Source: Thermodesulfobacteriota bacterium (GTDB lineage Bacteria; Desulfobacterota; Desulfobacteria; Desulfobacterales; C00003060). From it: a stretch of 64,000 nucleotides of DNA. Shown piece by piece: positions 50,962 through 60,420 of this stretch (its first letter is position 1; each line of letters starts with the position of its first letter). The notes under the pieces were generated by a model that made no database searches, was not told the origin of the DNA, and saw only the letters and a program-made list of their open reading frames with translations. The stretch spans positions 32,001 through 96,000 of the forward strand of contig JAXHVD010000004.1 of assembly GCA_034189385.1 (NCBI GenBank). Reading direction: 5' to 3'. Made by a program: the position numbers and the translations under genes.

Positions 50962-51798
50962 CTAAATCCGGCCAACGCCCCTGACCCTGGAGGGCCGCTC
51001 CACGCGGCCGGGCCCTCCGACACCCCCGATGCCATCGATCGCACTTCCACCTCTGGCCGGCCGTGTGGCAGTCCGCTGGCCCATGCCGTTGACACGGCTC
51101 ATGCGTTTTCCCTGCATCTCTCCTGGCTTCTCCCGTGGGGGCTTCCAAGCAGTTGCCTCCTTGTGGGCCTTGGAAGGGTCTTTTCCCTTCTCTCCTGCAC
51201 CCCCTGAGGCCCTGCAAAACGCCTCTGTCCATCGGTGCAAAAGGGCCTTCCCTTCTTTGACAACTAAGAACGACCTCTTTTTCATGAAATCAAAGAGATG
51301 TGGTATTGTCTCCCCCACAAGGGTCTGGACAAACCGTCTTGTCTTTTCCCAGGGGCCTTTTCCAACCTTGGCCAGCCTCTCAGCTCCCCATTGAATGATG
51401 GATTTGACTGATTTCAAAATGAAATGCCCGCCCCTTTTCACCGAATCAGGCAGGGGTAAACGGGCAAGTTCCTGCTGGATGTCAGTACGTGCTCTCAGCA
51501 AAAAGGTGGTGGCAGTTTCCAGACGATTCTCTCTGGACTTACGTGCAGCCGGTTGGACCCAGGGCCATAGCTTTTGCCAGGATATCCCCTTGTGTTTGGA
51601 CATCAAATAGGATCTTACCTGGGCATAAGCGATATTGACCCTTCTGATATTCTCTTCAGCCCTTGGCCTTAGGATGGAATCATGAGAGAATCGATCAGGA
51701 TGCCAGATTTTAACTTGAGCCTTATAGGCCCGTTTGGCCTCATCAAGCGTTGCATCCGGTTTCAGTCCAAGGATTTCAAGAGACTTTTCAATATCCAT
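50962..51798 (-). CDS. J-domain (DnaJ-like) protein
   Basis: LEILGL..AT..E.KRAY....WHPDRF...INxAY-like; C-terminal part uncharacterised. Confidence 0.8.
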   Translation of the reverse strand: MDIEKSLEILGLKPDATLDEAKRAYKAQVKIWHPDRFSHDSILRPRAEENIRRVNIAYAQVRSYLMSKHKGISWQKLWPWVQPAARKSRENRLETATTFLLRARTDIQQELARLPLPDSVKRGGHFILKSVKSIIQWGAERLAKVGKGPWEKTRRFVQTLVGETIPHLFDFMKKRSFLVVKEGKALLHRWTEAFCRASGGAGEKGKDPSKAHKEATAWKPPREKPGEMQGKRMSRVNGMGQRTATRPARGGSAIDGIGGVGGPGRVERPSRVRGVGRI

Positions 51799-51988
51799 GA
51801 CAGTGGGTTCCGACCTCCAGAAAGCCTTTGGGGACGGGAATCATCCCGTGCACATGGCGCGCCTATTGAGTATAGAACTTTTTGTGGTTACAATCAAGTT
51901 GCCTTTTGGGTGCCTAATCTTATATTCGGTAATAGGCATACCTTGTTTCATGAGAGGGTAACAGGGACACCCGCAAGGAGGAATAACC

Positions 51989-52504
51989 ATGGAACTGAAC
52001 GGGAAAAAGGTGGTCATCCTGGTAGAGGAGCTCTTTAATGATCTCGAATTCTGGTACCCCTATTTCCGGCTCAAAGAGGCAGGGGCCGAGGTCATCGTTG
52101 TGGGCTCGGGAAGTGCTCAACTATTCACGGGAAAGTCCGGGTCCCAGACAAAGCCCGATGCCAGTGCTAACGAGATTTTAGGAGAGGATGTTGACGGAGT
52201 CATCATACCCGGGGGCTATGCACCCGATCACATGCGCCGGTATCCTGCCATGGTAAACCTCGTGAGAGATCTCTTTGAGGCGGGCAAGGTGGTGGCCGCC
52301 ATCTGTCATGGGGGCTGGATGCTGGCTTCAGCGAAGATCCTCAAAGGCCGCACCGTCACATCCTTTTTCTCCATCAAGGACGATCTTGTCCATGCCGGTG
52401 CAAACTTCGTGGACAAAGAGGTAGTCGTAGACGGCAAGTTGATCACCAGCCGGAAGCCGGATGATCTCCCTGCCTTTATGAAGGCCATCATGGCAGCACT
52501 TTAA
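51989..52504 (+). CDS. DJ-1/PfpI family (type 1 glutamine amidotransferase-like) protein
   Basis: FNDLEFWYP, IPGGYAPD, AAICHG, TSRKPDDL. Confidence 0.93.
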   Translation: MELNGKKVVILVEELFNDLEFWYPYFRLKEAGAEVIVVGSGSAQLFTGKSGSQTKPDASANEILGEDVDGVIIPGGYAPDHMRRYPAMVNLVRDLFEAGKVVAAICHGGWMLASAKILKGRTVTSFFSIKDDLVHAGANFVDKEVVVDGKLITSRKPDDLPAFMKAIMAAL

Positions 52505-52524
52505 AGAAAAGGGAGGCCAGGAGC

Positions 52525-53472
52525 ATGAACTGGAATCATCCTATAACCAGAAGACAATCGTTAAAGAGACTCGCCCGCATATCGGCAGGCCTTACAGGGG
52601 TGGCCATTGGCGGGTATTCTTTTCTGTCCCCTGGAAGTGCCAAGGCGGAGACCGGAGACGGGAAATTGCTTGTCGAAGGTGTTGCCACGAAAAAGGGCTA
52701 CAAGACTAAAGAACTGATCGTGAAGATCCTTAAAGCCGCCGGCGGCATGGAACGATTTGTCTCAAGAGGAGACGTGGTCGTCATCAAGCCTAATGTCTCG
52801 TGGGCAAGATCTCCTGAACTGGCAGCGACGACAAACCCGGAGGTCATAGAAGCGGTCATTGAGCTTTGCCTGGACGCGGGAGCCAAAAAGGTCAGGATCG
52901 CCGACCACACCATTCATGATGCCCGGCGTTGTTTTGCCCTGACCGGCGTGGGAGAGGTGGCCAAGAAGACAGGGGCCGATCTTGTCTTTCCAAGGCCCGC
53001 CCTCATGAAGCAGATGAAACTCCATGGGCAACGCCTGGATGTCTGGCCGGTCTTTGTCCCTTTGGTAGAGGCCGACAAGGTCCTGAACGTGCCTGTGGCC
53101 AAGGACCATGGGCTCAGCACATTGACGCTGGGCATGAAGAACTGGATCGGGGCTGTGGGCGGAAGGAGGAGCGCCCTTCACCAGGACATCCATCAGACGA
53201 TTGTGGACCTAGCCCAGTTTTTCAAACCCACCCTGACCCTCATAGATGCCACGAGAATCATGACAAAAAACGGTCCTTCCGGCGGAAGCCCCACAGACGT
53301 GGCTGTGAAGAATACCGTTATCTTAAGCAATGATCAGGTGGCCGCAGATGCCAAGGCCTGTGGCCTCTTTGGCCTTGCCCCCGAGGAGATCGGTTTTGTC
53401 CGCCTCGGACAAAAATGGGGCCTGGGGACCTATGATCCACAAAAACTGATACAGCAAAAGGTCGTCTTGTGA
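52525..53472 (+). CDS. Tat-exported DUF362 protein
   Basis: TRRQSLK signal; VVIKPN, TTNPEV, PVAKDH...TLGMKN. Confidence 0.88.
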   Translation: MNWNHPITRRQSLKRLARISAGLTGVAIGGYSFLSPGSAKAETGDGKLLVEGVATKKGYKTKELIVKILKAAGGMERFVSRGDVVVIKPNVSWARSPELAATTNPEVIEAVIELCLDAGAKKVRIADHTIHDARRCFALTGVGEVAKKTGADLVFPRPALMKQMKLHGQRLDVWPVFVPLVEADKVLNVPVAKDHGLSTLTLGMKNWIGAVGGRRSALHQDIHQTIVDLAQFFKPTLTLIDATRIMTKNGPSGGSPTDVAVKNTVILSNDQVAADAKACGLFGLAPEEIGFVRLGQKWGLGTYDPQKLIQQKVVL

Positions 53473-55103
53473 AGGCAAGGCATCTGATCTGGACACGCAG
53501 AATTAGCCAGGTCGTCTTCTTTTTCTTGTTCCTTGTTCTTCTGGTGGAAAGCCGACTTCCAGAAGACGTGTACTTGGAGTACTCACTCTATTTTTCCGGT
53601 GATGGAGATATCAGGCTGGACCAGCCGCTGACCTTTTTCTTTGACCTGGACCCCCTGGTCTGGCTCTCGAGCCTGCTCTCAGGCCACCGACTCATCCATG
53701 GATTTGGGTGGGCCGTGGCGGTCCTCGTCTTGACCCTTTTTCTTGGCAGAATCTTCTGTGGGTTCATCTGTCCCCTTGGCACTATCCACCACGCCGTAAG
53801 TTGGATTCGGCCTGCTCTAAAAGCCCAGTCCATGGTTCGGGCCAACCAAAAGACCCCAGCCCAGAGGATAAAATATTTCCTCCTCATTGCCGTCCTTGTG
53901 TCAGCCCTCATGGGTCTCAACCTGGCAGGGTTGATCGATCCCATAGCGCTGCTTTTCAGATCCCTGGCCCTGGCCGTGGTGCCGGCGGTGGGTGTAGGGA
54001 TCAAAGGGATTTTTGATGCTATGGCGGCAAGCGACATAAAGCTTCTAAACTATCTGAGCTATGGCGGCGAGGCTCTTGTGTCGCCTGTCTTCGGCTACGG
54101 GTACCCTGCCTACCAGACGGCCTGGTTTATCGGTCTGGTTTTTCTTGTTATTCTCTTCCTAAATAGAATCAGGCCCCGTTTCTGGTGCCGCGTGCTCTGT
54201 CCCCTGGGGGCCCTCCTAGGGATATGCTCAAGGTTCAGTGTCCTGAGGCTGGAAAAGGATCATGAAAAGTGCACGGACTGCAAGTTGTGCTCAAAAACCT
54301 GCCAGGGGGCGGCCTCACCTGCACCGGGCCAGGATTGGGAAAACGCCGAGTGCGTGCTTTGCTTTAATTGCTTCCATGCCTGTCCTGAGGAGGCCCTTTC
54401 TTTTCGATTCAGGTGGCGGCCGACCATGAACAAAAAGCCGGATATGGGCCGGCGCGCCGTGCTCACTGGCCTTGCGGCTGGCATGTCGCTGCCGCTTCTC
54501 ACAGGACTTGACAGCCAGGCACATCATGTTTCAGATCCCCGCTTGATCAGGCCGCCAGGGGCCCTGCCTGAAAAGGATTTTTTAAGACTCTGCCAGAGGT
54601 GCGGCCTGTGCATGAAGGTGTGCCCCACAAATGCCATCAACCCCACCCTTGGGGAGGCAGGATTGGCTGGTTTCTGGACTCCCCACCTCATCATGACCCA
54701 GGGGTACTGCGAATATACCTGCACCCTCTGTGGCAGTGTCTGCCCCACAGGGGCCATCACAGAGATATCTGCCAGGGAGAAGATTGACCGTCCCATTAGA
54801 ATCGGGTCTGCCTATGTGGACCGGGGACGGTGTCTCCCATGGTCCGGCAATGGCCCGTGTATTGTATGCCAGGAGCTCTGCCCTACGTCACCAAAGGCCA
54901 TTTACCTGAAGAAAGAAGCCGTATCAGGGGCAGGTAAGACCTGGCTGGTAGATGTGCCCCGTGTGGATTTGAAACGGTGTGTGGGATGCGGGATCTGTGA
55001 AACAAAATGCCCGGTGAAGGGAAAGCCGGCCATTACAGTCATTGCCGCAGGCGAATCCAGGTCTATTGAGAACCAGATACTACTGCCGGATTTGGTGCCT
55101 TGA
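53469..55103 (+). CDS. membrane polyferredoxin (NapH/MauN plus NapG/MauM-like fusion)
   Basis: GRIFCGFICPLG, RFWCRVLCPLG, several CxxCxxCxxxCP motifs, IRPPGA. Confidence 0.88.
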   Translation: MKARHLIWTRRISQVVFFFLFLVLLVESRLPEDVYLEYSLYFSGDGDIRLDQPLTFFFDLDPLVWLSSLLSGHRLIHGFGWAVAVLVLTLFLGRIFCGFICPLGTIHHAVSWIRPALKAQSMVRANQKTPAQRIKYFLLIAVLVSALMGLNLAGLIDPIALLFRSLALAVVPAVGVGIKGIFDAMAASDIKLLNYLSYGGEALVSPVFGYGYPAYQTAWFIGLVFLVILFLNRIRPRFWCRVLCPLGALLGICSRFSVLRLEKDHEKCTDCKLCSKTCQGAASPAPGQDWENAECVLCFNCFHACPEEALSFRFRWRPTMNKKPDMGRRAVLTGLAAGMSLPLLTGLDSQAHHVSDPRLIRPPGALPEKDFLRLCQRCGLCMKVCPTNAINPTLGEAGLAGFWTPHLIMTQGYCEYTCTLCGSVCPTGAITEISAREKIDRPIRIGSAYVDRGRCLPWSGNGPCIVCQELCPTSPKAIYLKKEAVSGAGKTWLVDVPRVDLKRCVGCGICETKCPVKGKPAITVIAAGESRSIENQILLPDLVP

Positions 55104-55147
55104 CGCCCATCTTCAAGGACTCAGCTTCCCCTGGAACCTTTAAGAAA

Positions 55148-56011
55148 CTACTGGAGCAGATACCATGGGTCAGGCATCTGATATGCCGGGATGGTGGAGT
55201 GATAGTGCATGACCTTGTCGAACTTGTCAATAACACCGGAGGCCATGGTGTCCTCTGAGTAATTTGTCTCGCTCACGAGGTTAGGCGAGGTGCCACCTGG
55301 TGTATAAGCGGAGTCACCTTCCATCAACCTGACCAGCATGGAGGCAGATGCCGTGCCGATACCCTCTGCGGAGATCTGATGATTAAGAGACGGCGGGCCT
55401 GTGGCTGTCACATCTGAATCCGTGTGAGATACCATAATACTCGTGGTCAACGTATCACTCCCGGCTGCGATGAACTCATTGGTTGCTGGTATAGTCTCAG
55501 CGACTGCCCAGGGACAAAGTGAAGGCATGTCACCCAACCCTGCGCTGTCTCCATTGGCAATAATACTCAGACCCACCCTTTCCTTGTCCTGGGCCGTTGC
55601 GATGAGACTCGCCTGTGAAGCCACATATCCTATGTCCTTACTGACCTTTAGGTTCGGTTCATTGTCTGATGTAGCATCAAAGCTGTTCTTAAACTCAATG
55701 AGACCATCAATGGCATCCAGTTCATTGGAATAAACGATCTGGGCGGCCCGGCCGCCGGCATCAAGATATTGCTCTATATTGCCTTGACCTACGGTGCTAG
55801 ATCCATTCTCTTCTGTATCGTGCATCCACGTCCAGGTAATGGACTGAACTGCTTCTAAATCCCCCGCAACCTCCACATCGGTATTGAGACTAATGCCCAG
55901 GCCGGCTGGTGGCGGTGGCACCGGAGGACTTGCCAAGCCAAGGGTGCCCATGCAACAGACAAAGACGATGGTCAAGCAAAAAAGCAAAATATTATCAACA
56001 AGTTTTATCAT
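55148..56011 (-). CDS. secreted beta-rich protein resembling the Methanomicrobiales sheath-protein (MspA/SH)-like family
   Basis: Signal peptide, PPVPP start, LCPW...IPA...AGS, P.LNH.I, YSE.T.ASG.I..F.K...Y.S; the resemblance is recalled, not searched. Confidence 0.6.
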   Translation of the reverse strand: MIKLVDNILLFCLTIVFVCCMGTLGLASPPVPPPPAGLGISLNTDVEVAGDLEAVQSITWTWMHDTEENGSSTVGQGNIEQYLDAGGRAAQIVYSNELDAIDGLIEFKNSFDATSDNEPNLKVSKDIGYVASQASLIATAQDKERVGLSIIANGDSAGLGDMPSLCPWAVAETIPATNEFIAAGSDTLTTSIMVSHTDSDVTATGPPSLNHQISAEGIGTASASMLVRLMEGDSAYTPGGTSPNLVSETNYSEDTMASGVIDKFDKVMHYHSTIPAYQMPDPWYLLQ

Positions 56012-56377
56012 TTTCTAACCTCTCTGTTTCTCTTTTCTAGCCACATCAGGCCATTTTCTGGTGCGTAAAAGGGATACTTTTTTACCATGTCCAGCGATGC
56101 CTGTCAATTCAAATGACGCGCATGACTGGTTCGGTTGCAATCTTCTAACGGCATCGCTTATTTTTTCACCGTTGTTTGTCCGACGCCTTCCCATCTGGTG
56201 GCCCTTGACCGGTTCACGCAAAGGGGGCCCTGGCAGGACGCAAGCCGAGGCGCCTTCAACGACCTACTGGTAATTCGACATCATATATAGTAAATTCGGA
56301 AGCATAGAGGCTAAAAGATCCGTAAGGCCCTGTGGTGTGCAGGGCCCATTTGTTGGGGGCATAGCAAGGTTACCTGT

Positions 56378-56915
56378 ATGCAAAATAAGCCCCCCCATGA
56401 CGAATTGGAAAAGAGAGTCAGGGCCTTGGAGGAAGAGGCTACTTGGCCGCAGGAAGGCTGAGGCCGCGCTGAGGGAAAGCGAAGTTCGCCTGAAGACTGT
56501 GTTGGATACGATTCAGGCCGAAATCGCGGTTATCGACCCGAAAACCCACCTTATCGTCGGTTCCGATGCCGCGGCCGGAAACATGTTCGGCGCTCCCAGG
56601 GAAGAGATTCTCGGCAGAGTGTGCCACAAGAGTTTCTGTGGGGCAAAAAAGGGCCAATGCCCCGTCACGGACTTAAATGAGCGTTTGGACAATGCAGAAC
56701 AGACGCTACTCCCGGCAAAAGGTGAAAAGGTACCGATTCTAAAGACCGTGGTCTCTGTGACGCTGGCTGGCCGAGAGCATTCGCTTGAAAGCTTCGTGGA
56801 CATCACTGAAAGAAAGCGGGCCAAGGAAGAGCGGGGGAGACTGATTCGGGAACTCCAAGAGGCCTTGGCACCCAAGCGGCACGAAGGTTGCCGATCCTCT
56901 GTCATTATTAGCTGA
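56378..56915 (+). pseudogene. frameshifted and truncated PAS protein
   Basis: MQNKPPHDELEKRVRALEEE (frame A) shifts near 56445 to [33 protein letters not shown] (frame B), then breaks off. Confidence 0.7.
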
Positions 56916-56947
56916 GATACGCCAAAACCGATGAAGAAGGGTGGCCC

Positions 56948-57388
56948 ATGATGAAGGTGAACCAAGGATCTGATCAGCCCACGGTTAAGGCTCAACTAAA
57001 CGAGTTGCTCAACGACATGCAGATGCTCATCGAATCGGCATCTGAAGACCAGCAACGAAGACTCCCCACGTCCCTTCAAGAGCTGGAAGCAGCGGAGCGG
57101 AGAAGGGCCCCGCGAAAAACCTGCTCCATTCCCGTATCAGTGGGGAGCTGACGTGTCGTCAGAGCGTTTGCCAAGAATATCAGCCGTGGAGGGATGTTTA
57201 TTGGAACATCTGCATACTTTTCGCCTGGAGAGCATGTGACAATCACCTTTTCCCCACCCAACCAGGATCAAGCCCTTAGGATCACTGGACGGGTCGTACG
57301 ACGGAACGCCAAGGCTATCGGCGTGGAATTCGCATCGCCGGCAAACGTAGCGTTGCAGAAAGCAATAGAATCCCTTTCATATGAATGA
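56948..57388 (+). pseudogene. PilZ protein interrupted by an in-frame TGA (57149-57151)
   Basis: RRRAPR..GS*RVVRAFAKNISRGGMF..GRVVR..IGVEF in one frame; paralog of 45001..45459. Confidence 0.75.
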
Positions 57389-57428
57389 GTTCCCTGGGTC
57401 CTAGTCAAAGGAAGAGAGGGGCTCGGTC

Positions 57429-58847
57429 CTACACGTCGCATACCACTTTATAACATGGCTTGTACTCGCCCACGCGCCGCATACGCCCTTGATCCACAAA
57501 GGCAGCTAAAAGCGCCTCGATTTCGCCCATGATAGCCTCTTCACCGTGGATGGCAAAGGGGCCGTATTCCTCCACTGCCTTGATCCCTTCCGGCTTGACA
57601 TTTCCCGCAACAATGGCGGAAAAGACACGCCGTAAGGAAGCTGCAAGTTCATGGGTTGCGCTATCGCGTTCTACTTCTAGCTGACCTACGTTTTCGTGGG
57701 TAGGGACAAAGGGCTCCTGAAAGATAAAAGGGATATGAAGGTTTCTGTTGAAGTAGTAAGAATCGCCCGTCCTTTCCCTGTATTTCTTTACTTCTAATAA
57801 ACCCTGGTTCATTGCCTTGGCCACCTGCTCGGGATCATCCAATATCACTTCATACCGTTGGGCCACGGCCTCGCCCAGGGTGTTTTCCACAAATCGTTGC
57901 ACCATGTCAGTGTATCCCCTCTTCGACCGCGGACCCGTTAGAATCAGCGGGAAGGGGATGTCTCTGTTTTGGGGATGGGACAGAATGCCCAGGACATAAG
58001 TGAGCTCCTCTACCGTGCCCGCGCCCCCTGGAAATAGGATAATCCCGTGGCCAAGGCGCACAAAAGCCTCAAGACGTTTTTCAATGTCCGGCATGATCAC
58101 AAGTGGATCCACAATGGGATTGGGCGGTTCTGATGCGATAATGCCAGGCTCAGAGATCCCGATGTAGCGCCCGTTTTTGATCCGTTGTTTGCTATGGCCG
58201 ATGGTGGCGCCTTCCATAGGACCTCTCATGGCACCTGGGCCGCAACCGGTGATGATATCCATCATCCGCAAGCCGCACTGGTTGCCCACTTCTGCTGTGT
58301 AGTCGTATTCCTCTTTGCTGATGGCATGGCCGCCCCAGCACACAACGATCTTGTGGTGGCCCCTCTTTTCAAAGATATCGGCATTGCGCAGAATCAAGAA
58401 AATGGAGTCCGTAATCCCTTTGGATGTTGCGAGATCAAATTTCCCGGTACGCTCAATCTCACTCTTGATGAACACCAGATCACGCAATACAGCGAAAATA
58501 TGCTGTCTAATGCCCTCGATCATCTTGTGCCTTGCCGTGACGTGACCGTTTTCATAGGACTCATAGGTAACAAAGGCGCTTGCCGGGGCGTGGTGAAGCT
58601 CCAACTCAATGCCGCCAGCCGTTGGGATGATTTCTAGATCAAAAGCACGGTATTGATCCAAGATGGCCCTCACATCATCCGTCTCCGAGCCGCAGTTTAG
58701 TACGGCCAGCGCACAACGTCTCAAAAGGGGATGGATCTTGTCCCGGCTTTCCTCAAATATGCCTATGATCTCAAAGGGGGAAAGGGTCTCAAGACAGGTA
58801 CCTTCGGGGGTAAGGCGAAAAGTGTCGACCGTCTCGTGCATCTTCAT
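57429..58847 (-). CDS. ppnN: pyrimidine/purine nucleotide 5'-monophosphate nucleosidase (LOG family)
   Basis: LAVLNCGS, VCWGGH, TGCGPGAM, IEKRLEAFVR, FPGGAGT.EE, IVAGNVK. Confidence 0.88.
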   Translation of the reverse strand: MKMHETVDTFRLTPEGTCLETLSPFEIIGIFEESRDKIHPLLRRCALAVLNCGSETDDVRAILDQYRAFDLEIIPTAGGIELELHHAPASAFVTYESYENGHVTARHKMIEGIRQHIFAVLRDLVFIKSEIERTGKFDLATSKGITDSIFLILRNADIFEKRGHHKIVVCWGGHAISKEEYDYTAEVGNQCGLRMMDIITGCGPGAMRGPMEGATIGHSKQRIKNGRYIGISEPGIIASEPPNPIVDPLVIMPDIEKRLEAFVRLGHGIILFPGGAGTVEELTYVLGILSHPQNRDIPFPLILTGPRSKRGYTDMVQRFVENTLGEAVAQRYEVILDDPEQVAKAMNQGLLEVKKYRERTGDSYYFNRNLHIPFIFQEPFVPTHENVGQLEVERDSATHELAASLRRVFSAIVAGNVKPEGIKAVEEYGPFAIHGEEAIMGEIEALLAAFVDQGRMRRVGEYKPCYKVVCDV

Positions 58848-58959
58848 CACCGTTGGCAGGGAGATCCAAACAAGATCGTACAAACCGACGTCCATCCCTG
58901 TCAAATGGAAATCGGCCTGTCCACCCACAGGGGTCTTTCCCCAGAGTGGGGGAGCAGCA

Positions 58960-59409
58960 CTACTTGCGCTCGGCCCTCATCTCTACCACCACATGTCCCC
59001 ACCCACCGCAGGCCGGCCCCACATCAAAACAGCCAGTGCGGTTGAACATGACCTCATTAGGGTCCCTGCCGTTCATCAGATTTTCAAAGAAGGCATTGAT
59101 GAGAACGGTGAGATGGGGCATGAGGAAGGCACAAACACAGGTAGGCGCCTCTCGTGTGAGCAGATTGCCAGCATAGTCAAAGATCAGTTTCTGGCCCTTC
59201 ACGTGACCTGAATTGCATCCCTTCGACTCAACCACCTCTGCCACAAGGCGGTACTTGCCTGCTTCAACGACATTTGCAAAGAGGCGCTGGAATTTAGGGT
59301 TCTCCTTTATGTCGGCAAATTCCTCATCATTGAGCCCTAAGCGTTTTTGAAGGATTTTCGTCAGTCTTTCCGTATCCACGTCTATTCTCTCCTTTTTGAG
59401 ATTTTCCAT
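58960..59409 (-). CDS. conserved hypothetical Cys-containing protein (TIGR04076-like)
   Basis: AEVVESKGC..GH..G, C..A, CFDVG..CGGWG; AGGAG RBS. Confidence 0.7.
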   Translation of the reverse strand: MENLKKERIDVDTERLTKILQKRLGLNDEEFADIKENPKFQRLFANVVEAGKYRLVAEVVESKGCNSGHVKGQKLIFDYAGNLLTREAPTCVCAFLMPHLTVLINAFFENLMNGRDPNEVMFNRTGCFDVGPACGGWGHVVVEMRAERK

Positions 59410-59733
59410 ATGACTTCATACCCGATCAGCCCGTCAGGATCCTCTATCTGCCTGATGGACCCGCGCCTCCAGTGGGGCCCCATATGGCACCTTTCACCCC
59501 TTTTTTCAACCCAATTGGAGAGGGACCTCTTTTCTTAGACACTTGAGCACGGAAGGTGTGACGGCGTCACGAAAAAGGAGAAACACGAGGCTGTAAAAGC
59601 GTACAGGTGAATGATCACCCTTCTTGCTTTGGACCGGAGGCTTCTTTCGGAGTCGGTCTGTGCAGGTGGTGGAATAGGGTTTGCGACACGGCAGGGCCTG
59701 AGGCCCCTGCCGGCGCGTTGTAAGATAGATTGA

Positions 59734-60420
59734 TTAGTGTTCCAACTTCAGACCCCATCCCTCAAACATGAACATAATGGCAAAGCCGTACCACAGGGTG
59801 TAGATCACATAAAAGATTAAGGAGAACGACACAAGGCCGATGCGGTCGCTTATCCTTTGAGGCTCCACCTTGTAGTAGTTGTACGACGTCTCCACGGCCT
59901 TTTTCCCCACAGTGGACACGATTTTAGCCTCTGCGAATTTCTTCTGGGTCTTCAAGGTGTTTTCCATGGCCTTACAGGCCATCCACCAGTTGAAAAGGAC
60001 CTGCCTTTCGTCGTAGCCATATTTGGCCAAGACCCCTTGCCCGTCATTTCTATACATGGCCTCTGCGTCGGCAAGACAGTTTGCCAGGACGGCACCCAGA
60101 TCGGCCGAGACCTTCAATGCCGTCCCTGAAGCGGTTACCGAGGCGCCGCCTTTTTCAAAAAGCAGTGCCGTCTGACTGGCCTGTGCCTCGTTGGCCATCT
60201 TCAGGGTCATGGCAACAGAGTTGCCCATGAACTGGTCGGTCTCTTGCTGGACCTTTGGAATATAATAGGCCGAGCCCTTTGAAATACTGTTATACAAGTC
60301 GTCTGAGTATTCTAGACCATTCTGCCCGCCAAAAATGGGCATAAAGAAGATGAACAGCACGATCAGAAAGGCCACCATCATCCCAGCACCACCGTAAAAC
60401 TCTTTCTTGTTCGCAATCAT
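59734..60420 (-). CDS. hypothetical membrane protein coupled to the TSUP gene
   Basis: N- and C-terminal TM helices; LYNSISKGS; ATGA overlap with the upstream gene. Confidence 0.8.
   Translation of the reverse strand: MIANKKEFYGGAGMMVAFLIVLFIFFMPIFGGQNGLEYSDDLYNSISKGSAYYIPKVQQETDQFMGNSVAMTLKMANEAQASQTALLFEKGGASVTASGTALKVSADLGAVLANCLADAEAMYRNDGQGVLAKYGYDERQVLFNWWMACKAMENTLKTQKKFAEAKIVSTVGKKAVETSYNYYKVEPQRISDRIGLVSFSLIFYVIYTLWYGFAIMFMFEGWGLKLEH

Noticed and set aside
56190..56225. GTGAACCGGTCAAGG on the minus strand resembling SRP RNA
   Set aside because: Lacks the CAGG-x-GGAA-x-AGCAG core and the long stem
59689..59712. GC hairpin after the TSUP operon
   Set aside because: No U tract, so terminator function is unsupported
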